A stretch of DNA of 64,000 nt from an uncultured Actinomycetes bacterium (GTDB lineage: Bacteria > Actinomycetota > UBA4738 > HRBIN12), in contig CAVPIB010000004.1 of assembly GCA_963704885.1 (NCBI GenBank), positions 1 to 64,000 on the forward strand, read 5' to 3'. The position numbers and the translations under genes were made by a program. The stretch's first letter is position 1. The number at the start of each line of letters is the position of its first letter. The notes under the pieces were generated by a model, which did no database searches, was not told where the DNA came from, and was given only the letters and a program-made list of their open reading frames with translations. This document shows positions 1 through 11,833 of the stretch, one piece after another.

Positions 1-87
1 CGAGGGGAGCATCAGGTGGCAACAAGCCTCCAGCGATCAGAGAGCCCCGACATGCTCCGGAATCCTCCATCGTGGATTGGGGCTCTC

Positions 88-1936
88 CTAGGCCACTGGC
101 CCGAGGTACCCCGCTGCGCTGAGCACCGGATCGTCGGTCCAGAACACCGCGGAGAAGGCCTGGGCGCCTGATCGTCCGATCTGCACGCCGCTGCCAGCCG
201 TCCCGATGGCTTGACCTGGACCCAGGCGGACAGTCGCTCGGGGTCGTAGAGTTCGGACTGTTGTAGACGAGCAGATCGATCTGCCCCGTCACGACGTCCA
301 CGCGCCACTCGATCCTGACCCAGCCGCCGGTGATGATCGGGGTCGATGTCCGCGCGATCGCTTGATTCGACCGGTCCCTCATCCTCAGCCTGCCGTTGCG
401 CAGGACATCGATCGCGAAGCTCAACTCGATGTCGTTCTTGCCGCGGATCAAGCGCACGTCGCCAGCCGGGAGCGCATCGAACCAGACATAGACCCGGCCA
501 TAGAGGGTGGTCCAGTTCCCCAGCGAGCTTGTCCCAACCGTAGAAGGCGTTCTGCCTCGGGCCGACCGTGTGTCGCGCCGAGAGTCCGGTGCCGCGCGTG
601 TGCTTATTGTCGAACACGAGCGACGCTCCTCCCTCGATCGCAACTGTGTCGAACGCGTTCCCGCCACTACGGGAGTTCGCGGCTGAGACCGTGCTGCCGA
701 GCACTCCTCCATTGAAGGTGTTGAAGAAGGGTCCCCGGGAGGGGGAGCCGGTGTTCGCGAAGGCCCAGGAGCGGGTGAGAAGGAGCGGGCGAAGGAGCGG
801 GTGAGGGAGCGGGTGAAGGAGCGGGCGAAGGAGCGGGCGAAGGAGCGGGCGAAGGAGCGGGTGAAGGAGCGGGCGAAGGAGCGGGCGAAGGAGCGGGCGA
901 AGGAGCGGGCGAAGGAGCGGGCGCCGGCTGGCTCGGGGTCGGGTTCAGGTATGGGTCCGCGCCGATCTTGCGGTAAGCATCCAACGCCGCTTGGGAGCTG
1001 TCGGTATCCCACGGATAAGATCTTGGGCGTATGGAAGTAGATCAGGGCCTTCAATGCCGGCCATGTCTTCGCCGTGGCGAGCGTGTCGAGGAGCCACTGA
1101 GCCTTGCGTCCGGGCTGATCCGGATCCGCGCACCCGTACTCGACGACCATCCAAGGTTTGTTGTGCGCGATGGACGCTGCGTTGATGTCGTCGAAGATTG
1201 TCTCGAAGGAGGCCCAGTTGCTTCCCGGCTTGCCAGGGTCCAATTATAGCCGTTACCGCCGACGAAATCGACGTAGTCGTCGCCCGGGTAGAAGTCGTTC
1301 GGGTCGACTCCCGAAGACGCGGCGTACTTCGCGTCGAACCCCCGGGCCATCATGTTCCAGACGAACGCGACGTTCGTTACGCCACGGCTGCGGAAGACGT
1401 CAACGATCCTGCGAACGCGGCCGCATATTCCCCCGGTGTTCCGAACGAATCGAGGTCGTTCTCAGGCTCGTGATGGGGAAGGTGAGGTAGATCGGGTAAC
1501 CGAAGTTCTTGATTGCCTCGGCTCGGGCGATGATGGCTGCGTCTTCAGAGCCCTTCGCGATCTCGCTCCACCTGGCTCCGGACTTCCAGTTGATGAACGG
1601 GATCCGACCCTGACCGACCGTCCACGTCTGCGAGTTCGGGACGAACTCGCTCCATGGTAGTAGTGGTCGATCGCGAACTTGCGCCCGATCTGAGACTCCA
1701 CCCGGAGGATGCGTCGTTCTGCGATTCGCCGCTTCGTTGCTGCACGCGCGCCCCGAGGTACGCGCCGCTGTAGGGGTAGAGCGCAGCTGGCGGGGCCGAG
1801 GAGGCAGCCTCTCATGCGGCCCCGTTCGGTAGGAGGCTCAGGATGAGGAAGAGCCCAAGCGAGACACCGACTCCACAGAACTCGACACTTTGTGCCTTCG
1901 CGCGGCTTGGAAGTAGCGCCGCGCTTCGAATGCCAT
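88..1936 (-). CDS. Secreted glycoside hydrolase family 26-like protein with Pro/Ala/Ser linker and C-terminal beta-sandwich-like domain (multiple frameshifts)
   Basis: GGAGG then ATG at 1936; hydrophobic signal-like stretch (VSLGLFLILSLL); fragments in several frames: RKFAIDHYY, FYPGDDYVDFVGGNGYNW (GH26-type), AYRKIGADPYLNP, (PAPS)n linker, ending FWTDDPVLSAAGYLGPVA* at 88. Confidence 0.6.
767..922. repeat. About 13 tandem copies of a 12-bp unit (gaaggagcgggc/t) encoding a (PAPS)n linker on the minus strand
   Basis: Directly visible; translates as PAPSPAPS in ORF 667..984(-). Confidence 0.95.
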
Positions 1937-2407
1937 GGTTCCTCCCCATGTCCATGGAACCGCCCCGCGGTTCCGATCCCCCCGCGCCAGACCTGAAGCC
2001 ACCACGGGATGTGTCAACTGCTTGCGCAAGAACCATCGGCACATAGTCCGAGAGCCCTTGAGTGGGCTCATCCGGGGGAATACGGATTCCCCCACGAGAC
2101 CGACAGTGCTCGGGAAATCGGCGCGTTCGAGGCATAGCGCTGCGGTTGGTCGAGAGGGATGGTGCGCGAGGATCAAGGTCGCTCGAACAGATTTCGCGGT
2201 GAACAGTTTGGTCGAGCGACGAGGAGATGTCATGAAGGTAGCCATCAGGCTCTTGCAGGTGAACGGCTGGGACGAGGCATTGCCCGTGTAGTCTCGCGAC
2301 GGAGCCGCACACCTGGAAGAGGTCCATCCGCCGGCCGCGCCATATCCGGGGGTGGGTGGATCAGATCGCGGAGGCCCTACCGGCCGTCATCGCAGGGGGG
2401 CCGCCTG

Positions 2408-3736
2408 ATGCCGGCTGGCGCGCGTCCTGGTCCTTTCCAGAAGGTCGTATCTCCCACCTGGGTGGCCGATCTACGCGCTCTTCTTGGGCTTCCCTCGTGG
2501 TGGTGGCATCCTCGGCCTCGCAGGATTGATAGGGCCGATCCTGGCGATCCCCATGGTGGTGTGGCTCTTCCGTCAATCTCGAGTGCTTGCGCCGAGAGGA
2601 TTGACGATATGGCTTGCGTTTCTCCTGTGGATGCTGGGGTCGGGCACGCAACTCGATAGTCCATCCGTTACATCGCTTTCGGCTACTGGTAAGCCTCTCA
2701 CATATCCACCACCGTCATCCTGCTCTACGTGTTCAACATCTCTCGCGAGGCGTTACCCACTGGCACACTGATCGTCATCATGTCCGTGTTCTGGATGGTT
2801 GTCGTGGTCGGAGGGTTCCTCGGTGTGCTCCTCCCGAGTTGTAGTTCAAGAGCGCCGCTGAACTCGTCATGCCGCAAGGGCTAGTTCTCAATGAGTTCGT
2901 CCACGATCAGCATCCAGCCACCTTCTAGATCCAACACTTCCTTGGCTACGATCAGGCTCGGCCCAAGGCACCGTTCGTGTACGCGACGAATCGGCTCCGC
3001 TTTCGGGTTGCTGACCCCGTTCGTGATCGGTCCGGACCTACGCAAGGTCGCGGAGGTGGAAGTTCGTGACTGCGACGTTGTTCGTCGCCGCGATCGTGCC
3101 GGTCGTGAACTCTTTGGACCGCGGATTATGGCTGAGCATCGGAGCAGGGCTCATCTATGCCGCGATCAGGCTAGCCATAGCAGGACAGGGCCGAGCGCTT
3201 CGGGCCATCCTCATCTTGATCCCCACGTTGTTCGCCTTGCACAACTCATGCCATCTTCCGACAACTCGTCGAGCATCGCTTCGCGCACCCGCACAGCAAT
3301 GAGGCTCGGATCAGCCTCTACGAGGAAGCCATCCAGAACGTGAAGCAATCACCTTCTCCTGGGCTACGGCTGGCCTCGGCCTTCTGAGGACTAGACGCCC
3401 CCGTCGGTGGGAACCAGGGACAGTTCTGGTCGTTCTTGTCCTCGATGGATCCCCGGCATCCTGCTGTTCGTGTGGTGGCTGCTGAATCAGCTTTGGAGGT
3501 TCAGGCCCGTCAACCCTCCAGTTGTCTTCTGGTGCCATGTGCTCATCGTCATGGCCCTCGTCCAGTTGCCCTTCTATGGGTGGTTGCCCGCACCGCTCGT
3601 CGTGATTGCGATGGCGGTTGCGATAGCAGCGCGAGAGCTGCGTGGGACTCTGCTCTCAGATTCGACACCTATCCATATCCCCGGCGAGGCTGCGTCGACA
3701 GGAGCCCGTGGGACACCTCAGATGACGTCAGGGTGA
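2408..3736 (+). CDS. Polytopic membrane protein, O-antigen ligase/Wzy-like (heavily frameshifted)
   Basis: Successive hydrophobic ORF fragments (2484..2771, 3066..3302, 3407..3736) with VVNSLDRGLWLS, a RP-APFVY-N-like segment and a SPxLGYG-like segment. Confidence 0.55.
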
Positions 3737-3922
3737 GCATCCTGTCCTCCTGGCATGCTTCGCGCCCATCCGGTGCAACTGGACATGGGGCATCAGGGGG
3801 TTCCGATCGACGTTCCGTGGAGCGACGCTCGATTAGCCTGCGCTGGCAACTGCGGCATCATCGGATCTCCTTTCATAGCCGAGATATGACCGAGAGGACA
3901 ACTTCCCGGTGGTGATGACCCA

Positions 3923-4522
3923 GTGACGTTCCAGCCCGACTTCGACAAGGTTCGCTACTACGCAGATGCTCCGAACCGGTTGATCGGCTACCTACTCGAC
4001 GCCGTCTTCCTCACGTTTCTGTCCTTCGCTGGTGCCGTAGTAATCTCGATCATCTTCGGTCCCGTAGTAACCATCGATCAGGCCGATGGAGTGCGGATCA
4101 CGGTGGACCGCGGACTGGCATTCGCCAATGCCGTCCTCGGGACAGCAATCAACGGGGTGTACTTCATCGGCTGTTGGCGCTGGCTCGAAGGCTCACCAGG
4201 GCAGCGGTTGTTGCGCCTGCGGATCGCGACCGAGGGCGACGGTGGCACGGTGACGTACACGCGGGGGTTCATGCGCTGGTTGTGCATCGGTCTCCCGCTC
4301 GGTGTCGAGGCTTCGCTGAGTCCCTTCGTTGCCGGGTCCGCTGATGCAATGTTGTTGCTCGTTCTCATGGTCTGGTACTTGGTTCTCTTGGTCAGCACGG
4401 CTCGGAGCCCCACGAAGCAGGGGCTCCAGGATCGAGTCGCTCACACCGTGGTGACCAAGGGGGCCAGGGCGGTGCAGTGGACCGAGGGGTCCGATGTGGA
4501 GCGGGGTGCCTTTGTTCGTTGA
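3923..4522 (+). CDS. RDD family membrane protein
   Basis: RLIGYLLD, GSPGQRLLRLRI, KQGLQDRVAHTVV motifs; several TM segments. Confidence 0.85.
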   Translation: MTFQPDFDKVRYYADAPNRLIGYLLDAVFLTFLSFAGAVVISIIFGPVVTIDQADGVRITVDRGLAFANAVLGTAINGVYFIGCWRWLEGSPGQRLLRLRIATEGDGGTVTYTRGFMRWLCIGLPLGVEASLSPFVAGSADAMLLLVLMVWYLVLLVSTARSPTKQGLQDRVAHTVVTKGARAVQWTEGSDVERGAFVR

Positions 4523-6216
4523 CGCTGGGAATGTTCCTGCTGACTCCACCCTCGAGGCCGATCTCTGCATCATCGGCGCCGGGGCCGCCGGGATCACGCT
4601 GGCTCGCGAGTTCATCGGCCGTTCGGTCCGCGTCGCTGTCCTTGAGAGTGGCACACTGGAGTTCGATCCTGAAACGCAGTCGCTGTACGCGGGCCCCAAC
4701 GTCGGTCTCCCATACTTCCCACTAGATACGCCTCGCCTTAGGTACTTCGGAGGCACGACCAATCACTGGGCTGGTGTGTGCCGTCCTTTCGACGAGGTCG
4801 ACTTCGAACATCGCGAGTGGATCCCGTTCAGCGGCTGGCCCATGCGGAAGACCGACATAGATGCCTACTACCTCAGGGCTGAGGAGATGCTCCGGCTGAA
4901 CCCAGATCGATGGGACACGGAGAGCTGGGTGGTACTTCGATCGGTCTCGCCCTCTGCCCCTGTTGGGAGACCGCGTCGTGACTAGGGTGGATCAGATCGT
5001 GTCCGCGGATCGGCGTCGCTTCGCCGACGTGTACGGCGATGAGCTGAAAGCGGCCTCTCGGGTAGCCGTGTACCTCGGGGCGAACGCAACCGAGATCCAG
5101 ACCGACGACGCTGGCACGGTGGTTACTCGAATATCTGTAGCGACGTTGACTGGGAATCGATTCGAGGTGGATGCCAGAAAGATCGTGCTCGCCTTGGGCG
5201 GCATCGACAATGCCCGACTCCTCCTGGCTTCGAGCGGCCGGTTCGAGAACGGGATCGGCAACCAGAACGACCTTGTCGGGCGGTTTTTCCTAGAGCATCC
5301 TAGGTTCGTTGCGGGCGTCGTCGCCCCGTCACATCCCGATCTGTCTGTCGCCTTCTACAAGGAGCATGTGGTGGACGAAACGACCATCCAGCCCCGACTC
5401 GCCCTGTCCCGGGAAACTCAGGAGGCTGAGGGACTGACGGACGTGCAGACTCGCGTCGATCCCGTGTATCACGCGGCCTTCGAAAGCGCCGACCAATCCG
5501 ACACCGTGGAGTCCTTGAAAGCGCTGCGAGACGCTCTTCGTGGCGAGGGATCTGACGACATCGGAGGAGATCTCTCCAACGTGATCTCGGACTTGATGAC
5601 GTGGCGTCGTGTGACGATCCCAGGTGCGCCCATCCCCGTCCCGTATCCGGAGGTGGTTGGTAAGCTCATGCGGTCGACCCCTACGGAACGGCAAGCACTC
5701 ATACCAGGTTTCCTGGGGGACGTCGCGGCCTTCCTGTACAGCGAGAACGCGGGTAGCCTCCCCATCGACAGCCTGATGATCACCGCCCGGTTCGAGCCCG
5801 CCCCGAACCCGGACAGTCGAGTCACACTCACCTCGGAGCGGGACAACATCGGGATGCTCCGTGCCGAGCTCGACTGGCAGCTCTCCGCATCCGACCGCCA
5901 CAGCGTCCGACGGACGATGGAGATCGTCGGGACCGAGATCGGCCGAGCAGGGTTGGGAAGGCTCAAGATACTGTTCGAGGAAGGCGGGTCGGACTGGCCG
6001 GCGGATCTGGCAGGAGGGTTCCACCACATGGGCACGACTCGCATGAGCGAGGACCCCAAGCGGGGAGTCGTCGATCCCGATGGCCGTGTCCACGGGATGG
6101 CTAACCTCTACGTCGCCGGCAGCAGCGTCTTCCCGACTGCCGGTTCCGCGAACCCAACGCTCCTCATTGTGGCGTTGGCCCTGCGGCTTGCCGAGCACCT
6201 TCAGGGGGCGGCGTGA
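4506..6216 (+). CDS. GMC family FAD oxidoreductase (one frameshift near 4940-4960)
   Basis: IIGAGAAG FAD motif and RYFGGTTNHWAG in ORF 4494..4985; continues in 4963..6216 with VGRFFLEHP, HHMGTTRM, NLYVAGSSVFPT, NPTL. Confidence 0.85.
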
Positions 6217-6629
6217 CTCCACGGCCTGTGATCACCCGGCGGCGTTTGCTCGCGACGGCGATCGGGATCGGTGGGATCGCAGCAGTGGCCCGATCCCGTC
6301 CGTGGAGCATCTTGGTTGCGTTTTCAGTGCCCTCGGCTGCCGAGCGGCTGGCAGGGCTCTTGACAAACCAGGAGAGCGCAAGGGCAGTGGGAGGCGAGTA
6401 CCTCGCGCGTGTTCCCGAGGAGGCCTCGGCCTCCCTTCTGGTCGACCGGATCGCGGCCGGTTTGCCCGCGGGGCGCCAGACGGTCCGGGACGCAGGCGGA
6501 GAGGACCTCCGGGAACTCCTGGCGACCCAGATCCGGTCGGATTTCGAGGAGGAGCAAGATGTCGTTGTTCGGGGTTGGATCCTGTCGCGCACAGAGGCAC
6601 GTCTTTGCGCACTCACGACGCTGGTGTAG
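6213..6629 (+). CDS. Small Tat-signal protein, probable partner subunit of the GMC oxidoreductase
   Basis: TRRRLL followed by a hydrophobic stretch; GTGA overlap with the GMC stop; C-terminal DF...[14 protein letters not shown]. Confidence 0.7.
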   Translation: MTPRPVITRRRLLATAIGIGGIAAVARSRPWSILVAFSVPSAAERLAGLLTNQESARAVGGEYLARVPEEASASLLVDRIAAGLPAGRQTVRDAGGEDLRELLATQIRSDFEEEQDVVVRGWILSRTEARLCALTTLV

Positions 6630-6723
6630 ACAGCCAGTGGCTGAATCCGACCTCTGCGTAGACTTTCGGTCCGAACCGCGGGTAGGCTGTATCGGGTCCG
6701 GATCGACCGAGGAGCGAGATGAC

Positions 6724-8136
6724 GTGGTCATCAGCCAGGAAGAACACCTCAAGGAGCTGAGCAAGGGCTACCGCTTCGACTGGAAGGACGCGGATCACTC
6801 CGTCTTCGAACCTAAGCGGGGGCTCTCCGCCGCCGTCGTCGAGGAGATCAGCTCGCTCAAGAGCGAGCCGGATTGGATGCGCAAGTACCGGCTCAAGGCG
6901 CTGAAGCATTTCGAGGCGCGCCCGATGCCGTGGTGGGGCGCAGATCTGTCCGACATCGACTTCGCCAACATCTTCTACTTCATCCGCTCGACCGAGAAGC
7001 AGGCCAGCAACTGGGAGGACCTGCCCGAGGACATCCGGGGAACCTGGGACAAGCTGGGCATCCCCGAGGCGGAGAAGAAGTATCTCGGCGGTGTGAGTGC
7101 GCAGTACGAGAGCGAGGTCGTCTACCACAAGATCAAGAAGGAGCTCGACGACATCGGCGTGCTCTTCACCGACATGGACTCGGCGCTCCGCGACTACCCC
7201 GACCTGGTGAAGGAGTACTTCGGCACGCTGATCCCGTCGAACGACAACAAGTTCGCCGCTCTGAACACCGCCGTGTGGTCGGGAGGATCCTTCATCTACG
7301 TGCCGCCGGGCGTGCAGGTGGATATCCCGCTCCAGGCGTACTTCCGCATCAACGCGGAGAACATGGGCCAGTTCGAGCGCACGCTGATCATCGCGGACGA
7401 GGGCAGCTACGTGCACTACGTCGAGGGATGCTCGGCGCCGATCTACTCGAGCGATTCGTTGCACTCCGCGGTCGTGGAGATCGTCGCGAAGAAGGGCGCC
7501 CGCGTTCGTTACACGACCATCCAGAACTGGTCGACGAACGTCTACAACCTGGTCACGAAGCGCGCCGCTGCCTACGAGGACTCGGTCATGGAATGGATCG
7601 ACGGCAACATCGGCTCGAAGATCACCATGAAGTACCCGTCGATCTACCTGATGGGCAAGGGCGCGCGAGGCGAGGTCCTGTCGGTCGCGTTCGCCGGTAA
7701 GGGCATGCATACCGACGCCGGCGGTAAGGCGATCCACGCCGCGCCGTACACGACCAGCGTGATCAACTCGAAGTCGGTGTCGAAGGACGGCGGCCGCACC
7801 GGGTACCGCGGCCTCATCCGCGTGGAGCCCGACGCGCACCACGCCAAGTCCACCGTGCGTTGCGACGCGTTGATCCTGGACGACGAGAGTCGCTCCGACA
7901 CCTACCCCTACATCGAGGTCGAGGACGAGACCGCGTCTCTCGGCCACGAGGCCACGGTTTCGAAGGTCGGCGAGGACCAGCTCTTCTATCTGATGAGCCG
8001 CGGCCTGTCAGAGGTCGAGGCCACCGCCATGATCGTGAACGGCTTCATCGAACCCATCACGCGCGAACTCCCTATGGAGTACGCGGTAGAGCTGAACAGG
8101 CTCGTCGAGCTGCAGATGGAGGGCTCGGTCGGCTGA
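6724..8136 (+). CDS. sufB: Fe-S cluster assembly protein SufB
   Basis: GAGGAG then GTG at 6724; [47 protein letters not shown]. Confidence 0.95.
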   Translation: MVISQEEHLKELSKGYRFDWKDADHSVFEPKRGLSAAVVEEISSLKSEPDWMRKYRLKALKHFEARPMPWWGADLSDIDFANIFYFIRSTEKQASNWEDLPEDIRGTWDKLGIPEAEKKYLGGVSAQYESEVVYHKIKKELDDIGVLFTDMDSALRDYPDLVKEYFGTLIPSNDNKFAALNTAVWSGGSFIYVPPGVQVDIPLQAYFRINAENMGQFERTLIIADEGSYVHYVEGCSAPIYSSDSLHSAVVEIVAKKGARVRYTTIQNWSTNVYNLVTKRAAAYEDSVMEWIDGNIGSKITMKYPSIYLMGKGARGEVLSVAFAGKGMHTDAGGKAIHAAPYTTSVINSKSVSKDGGRTGYRGLIRVEPDAHHAKSTVRCDALILDDESRSDTYPYIEVEDETASLGHEATVSKVGEDQLFYLMSRGLSEVEATAMIVNGFIEPITRELPMEYAVELNRLVELQMEGSVG

Positions 8137-8149
8137 CCGAGCACGGCGC

Positions 8150-9461
8150 ATGAGCGATATCGCCCTCACCACCCCGTTCGACGAACGCGCCCTGGCGGAG
8201 CTGCCGAGGCGGACCGCCGGTGGACTCGCTACGCCTGCGAGCCTTCCAGGAGTTCGAGGCGATGCCGATCCCGTCGCAGGAGACCGAGGAGTGGCGCTAC
8301 ACAGACCTCTCGGACTTCGACCTGTCCTTCGCTCCGTACACGTCGGGAGGTGGCCCGGAGGCGATCAACAGACACGGAGTGCTCCAGGCGGCGGCGGTTG
8401 TCGGAGAGCGAGCGGGACTGCAGATCCAGCGCAACTCAGACGTGATCTCGACACAGCTAACGAGCGGCGCCCAGGCATCCGGCGTGATCTTCTGCGACCT
8501 CGATGTAGCGGTCGGAACGCACTCCGATCTGGTCGAACAGCATCTCCACTCGTTGGTCCCCACGTCGAGGACGAAGTTCCTGGCTCTCCACGGCGCGTTC
8601 CGCACCGGTGGCACGTTCCTCTACGTCCCGGATGGAGTGGAGGTCGAGCTACCTCTTCAGACCCTCACATACCTCGACGCCGACGGCGCCGCGATCTTCC
8701 CGCACACGCTTATCGTGGTGGGGGCGAACGCGTCCTGCACCTTCATCGACCGGTACGTCTCGCCGGATCTCGATCGCGCGTTCTCCGACGCCGTGACCGA
8801 GATCGTGGTGGGGAACGGCGCCCGGGTGCGGTACGCGTCCATCCAGGATTGGGGCGCCGGCGTGACGCATCTCGGCGTGCAACGGGCGTATGTGGGACGC
8901 GACGCCGAGATCCGGACACTGGCGATCGGGTTCGGGGCTGATCTGGCTCGGGCCGAAGCCGAGACCATCCTGGCCGAGCCGGGGGGGTTCAGCGAGATGC
9001 TGGGAGTGTTCTTCGCCGATGGCGAACAGCACTTCGACCACCGCACGCTCCAGGACCATGTGGCGCCGAACTGTCAGAGCGATCTGTTGTACAAGGGCGC
9101 GCTCCGAGATCGCAGCCGCGCCGTCTACAGCGGCTGGGTCCACGTGCGACCTGACGCGCAGAAGACGAGCGCCATGCAGACGAGCCGCAACATCGTGCTC
9201 TCCGAGCACGCGAAGGCCGACGCGATCCCCAACCTGGAGATCGAGGCGAACGATGTTCGGTGCGGCCATGCTGCGAGCGTCGGTCCCGTTGATGACGAGG
9301 CGATCTTCTACCTCCAGAGCCGAGGCATCCCACGGGAAGACGCCGAGCGGTTGATCGTTACGGGCTTCTTCCAAGAGGTCTTGGATCGGGTCACGATCGA
9401 CGAGGTGCGCGATGGGGCCGAGCTCGCCATCGCTTCGGAGCTCGCTGGAGGAACGCGCTGA
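8150..9461 (+). CDS. sufD: Fe-S cluster assembly protein SufD (frameshift near 8210)
   Basis: EEWRYTDL, SDLLYKGAL, PNLEIEANDVRCGHAASVG, FYLQSRGI; N-terminus is in another frame from ATG 8150. Confidence 0.9.
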
Positions 9462-9784
9462 TGACGTTCGTGAGAGTGTGTGCTGCAACAGATGTAGCGG
9501 AGGGTGAGGCGCGACGGTTCCAGGTGGACGGTCGCATCGTCGCCGTAGCCAACCTGGGGACCGAGGGCTTCCGCGCGGTGAGCGCCGTCTGTTCGCATGC
9601 GCACTACTTCTTGGACGAGGGCGAGGTCGATACGGATGACGAGACGATCGAATGCCCGAAGCACGGTTCGACGTTCGACCTGAACACAGGGGAACCGACG
9701 ACGCTGCCGGCCACGCTGCCGGTTCACGCCTACCCCACCAAGACCGAAGGCGAAGACATCCTGATCGAGGTGAAAGATGAGTGA
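9461..9784 (+). CDS. Rieske-type ferredoxin
   Basis: CSH...CPKHGSTFD Rieske ligands; lies inside the suf operon. Confidence 0.9.
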   Translation: MTFVRVCAATDVAEGEARRFQVDGRIVAVANLGTEGFRAVSAVCSHAHYFLDEGEVDTDDETIECPKHGSTFDLNTGEPTTLPATLPVHAYPTKTEGEDILIEVKDE

Positions 9785-10565
9785 GACGAACGGTGCGGCG
9801 GTTCTCGAGATCGTGGACCTGCATGCGAAGGTCGAGGGCAAGGAGATCCTGAAGGGCATAGACCTGAAGGTGAAGCAGGGCGAGACCCATGCCCTCATGG
9901 GACCGAACGGGTCTGGGAAATCAACCCTGTCGAACGTGATCATGGGACGACCCGGCTACACGGTCACGCAGGGCAAGGTCGTCTTCAAAGGCGAGGACAT
10001 CACCCGCCTCACTCCCGACGAACGGGCCAAGCGCGGGTTGTTCCTGGCGATGCAGTACCCGACGGAGGTCCCCGGGGTCTCGGTCGTGAACTTCCTGCGG
10101 ACGGCGTACACGTCGGTGAAGGGCGAACAGATCAACGCCTTGGCGTTCCGCAAGCACATGAAGGCGAAGATGGACATGCTCGGCGTGGAGGACTCGATGG
10201 TCCAGCGCTACGTGAACCAAGGGTTTTCCGGCGGCGAGAAGAAGAAGAACGAGGTCCTGCAGCTCGCCGTCCTGGAGCCCCAGATAGCGATCTTGGACGA
10301 GACCGACTCGGGCCTGGATATCGACTCTTTGAAAGCGGTGGCGACCGGCGTGAGCGAGCTGGTCGGTCCCGACCTCGGGGTGCTACTCATCACGCACTAC
10401 CAGCGGATGCTGGACTACATCACCCCCGACCGGGTTCACGTGATGATGAAGGGTCGTATCGTGAAGACCGGCGGCGCCGAGCTGGCGCACGAGCTCGAAG
10501 CGAAGGGATACGAGGGCGTGCGCGAGGAGCTGGGACTAGAAGCGGACGTTACCGACGAGGGCTGA
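9777..10565 (+). CDS. sufC: Fe-S cluster assembly ATPase SufC
   Basis: GPNGSGKST, FSGGEKKKNE, LDETDSGLD, ITHYQR. Confidence 0.95.
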   Translation: MSETNGAAVLEIVDLHAKVEGKEILKGIDLKVKQGETHALMGPNGSGKSTLSNVIMGRPGYTVTQGKVVFKGEDITRLTPDERAKRGLFLAMQYPTEVPGVSVVNFLRTAYTSVKGEQINALAFRKHMKAKMDMLGVEDSMVQRYVNQGFSGGEKKKNEVLQLAVLEPQIAILDETDSGLDIDSLKAVATGVSELVGPDLGVLLITHYQRMLDYITPDRVHVMMKGRIVKTGGAELAHELEAKGYEGVREELGLEADVTDEG

Positions 10566-10578
10566 GCTGGAGGCAAGC

Positions 10579-11817
10579 ATGTCGGGCCATATCGGGGGAC
10601 TGGACGTAGACAAGATCCGCGCGGACTTCCCGATCCTCGAGCGCACGGTCGGCGACCGACCGCTGGTCTATCTGGACAGCGCGGCCACGTCGCAGAAGCC
10701 GCGCCAGGTGATCGAGGCCGAGTCGGACTTCTACGCCCATCACAACGCGAACGCACACCGCGGGCTCTACATGCTGGGCGAGGAGGCGACCGAGCTCTTC
10801 GAGGGGGCCCGCGCGAAGCTGGCCCGGTTCTTCGGCGCTCCTTCTCCGGACACGATCGTGTTCACCCGCGGCGTGACCGAAGCGCTCAACCTGGTCGCGC
10901 ACGGCTGGGGGCGCAAGTTCTTGCGCGAGGGCGACGAGATCTTGATCACCGACATGGAGCATCACTCGAACATCGTTCCGTGGCAGATGACGGCCACGGC
11001 GACGGGGGCATTCCTGCGGTACATACCGCTCACCGACGATGGCCAGCTAGATCTCTCCGACCTCGGGTCTCTTCTCACCGAGCGCACGAAGATCCTATCG
11101 GTAACCGGCATGTCGAACGCGCTCGGCACCATCACGCCCCTCAGGCAACTGGTGGAGTCGGCGCACGCCGTGGGTGCGATGGTCTGCGTCGACGCCGCCC
11201 AGCTCGCGCCGCATCACCGGATCGACGTCCAGGAGCTCGACGTGGAGCTGCTGGGATTCAGCGGGCACAAGATGCTCGGTCCGACCGCCTCGGGCGGGTT
11301 GTACGGCAAGGCCGAGGTCCTGGATGCCATGGACCCTATGTTCGGTGGCGGCGAGATGATCCACGAGGTCTTCCACGATCGCTCCACGTTCAAGCCCATC
11401 CCATACAAGTTCGAGGGGGGAACCATGCCGATCGCCCAGGAGATCGGACTGGGTGCGGCTGTCGACTATCTGGAGGCGCTCGGCATGGACGCGGTTCGCG
11501 CCCACGAGGAGGAGATCACCCGTTACGCGCTCGACCGGCTGATCGAGGCCGGCGCGACGGTGTACGGACCTAAGGACGCGAGCATCCGCGGTGGAGCCGT
11601 GAGCTTCTGGTACAAGGACGTACACCCGCACGACCTCGCGACGATCCTCAACGAGGATGGGGTCGCGATCCGCGCGGGACACCACTGCGCCCAGCTCGTG
11701 ATGCGTCGGTTCGGCGTGCCGGCCACGGCGCGGGCGTCGTTCTACGTCTACAACACCAAGGAAGAGGTCGACGTCTTGGTCGAGAGTTTGGCCAAGGCAG
11801 AAGCGATCTTCATCTAG
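10579..11817 (+). CDS. sufS: SufS cysteine desulfurase
   Basis: YLDSAATSQKP, MEHHSNIVPW, SGHKMLGP, RAGHHCAQ. Confidence 0.95.
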   Translation: MSGHIGGLDVDKIRADFPILERTVGDRPLVYLDSAATSQKPRQVIEAESDFYAHHNANAHRGLYMLGEEATELFEGARAKLARFFGAPSPDTIVFTRGVTEALNLVAHGWGRKFLREGDEILITDMEHHSNIVPWQMTATATGAFLRYIPLTDDGQLDLSDLGSLLTERTKILSVTGMSNALGTITPLRQLVESAHAVGAMVCVDAAQLAPHHRIDVQELDVELLGFSGHKMLGPTASGGLYGKAEVLDAMDPMFGGGEMIHEVFHDRSTFKPIPYKFEGGTMPIAQEIGLGAAVDYLEALGMDAVRAHEEEITRYALDRLIEAGATVYGPKDASIRGGAVSFWYKDVHPHDLATILNEDGVAIRAGHHCAQLVMRRFGVPATARASFYVYNTKEEVDVLVESLAKAEAIFI

Positions 11818-11833
11818 GACCGGCGGAGGGAAA

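Noticed and set aside
767-922. Tandem repeat as a CRISPR array or as the ERAK-repeat ORF 801..1040(+)
   Set aside because: No spacers or cas genes; the minus-strand PAPS linker between two domains explains it
6613-7947. Long antisense ORFs (also 8649..9890, 52199..53284, 56223..57779, 61511..62611)
   Set aside because: Shadow ORFs of high-GC coding sequence opposite well-supported genes; no motifs
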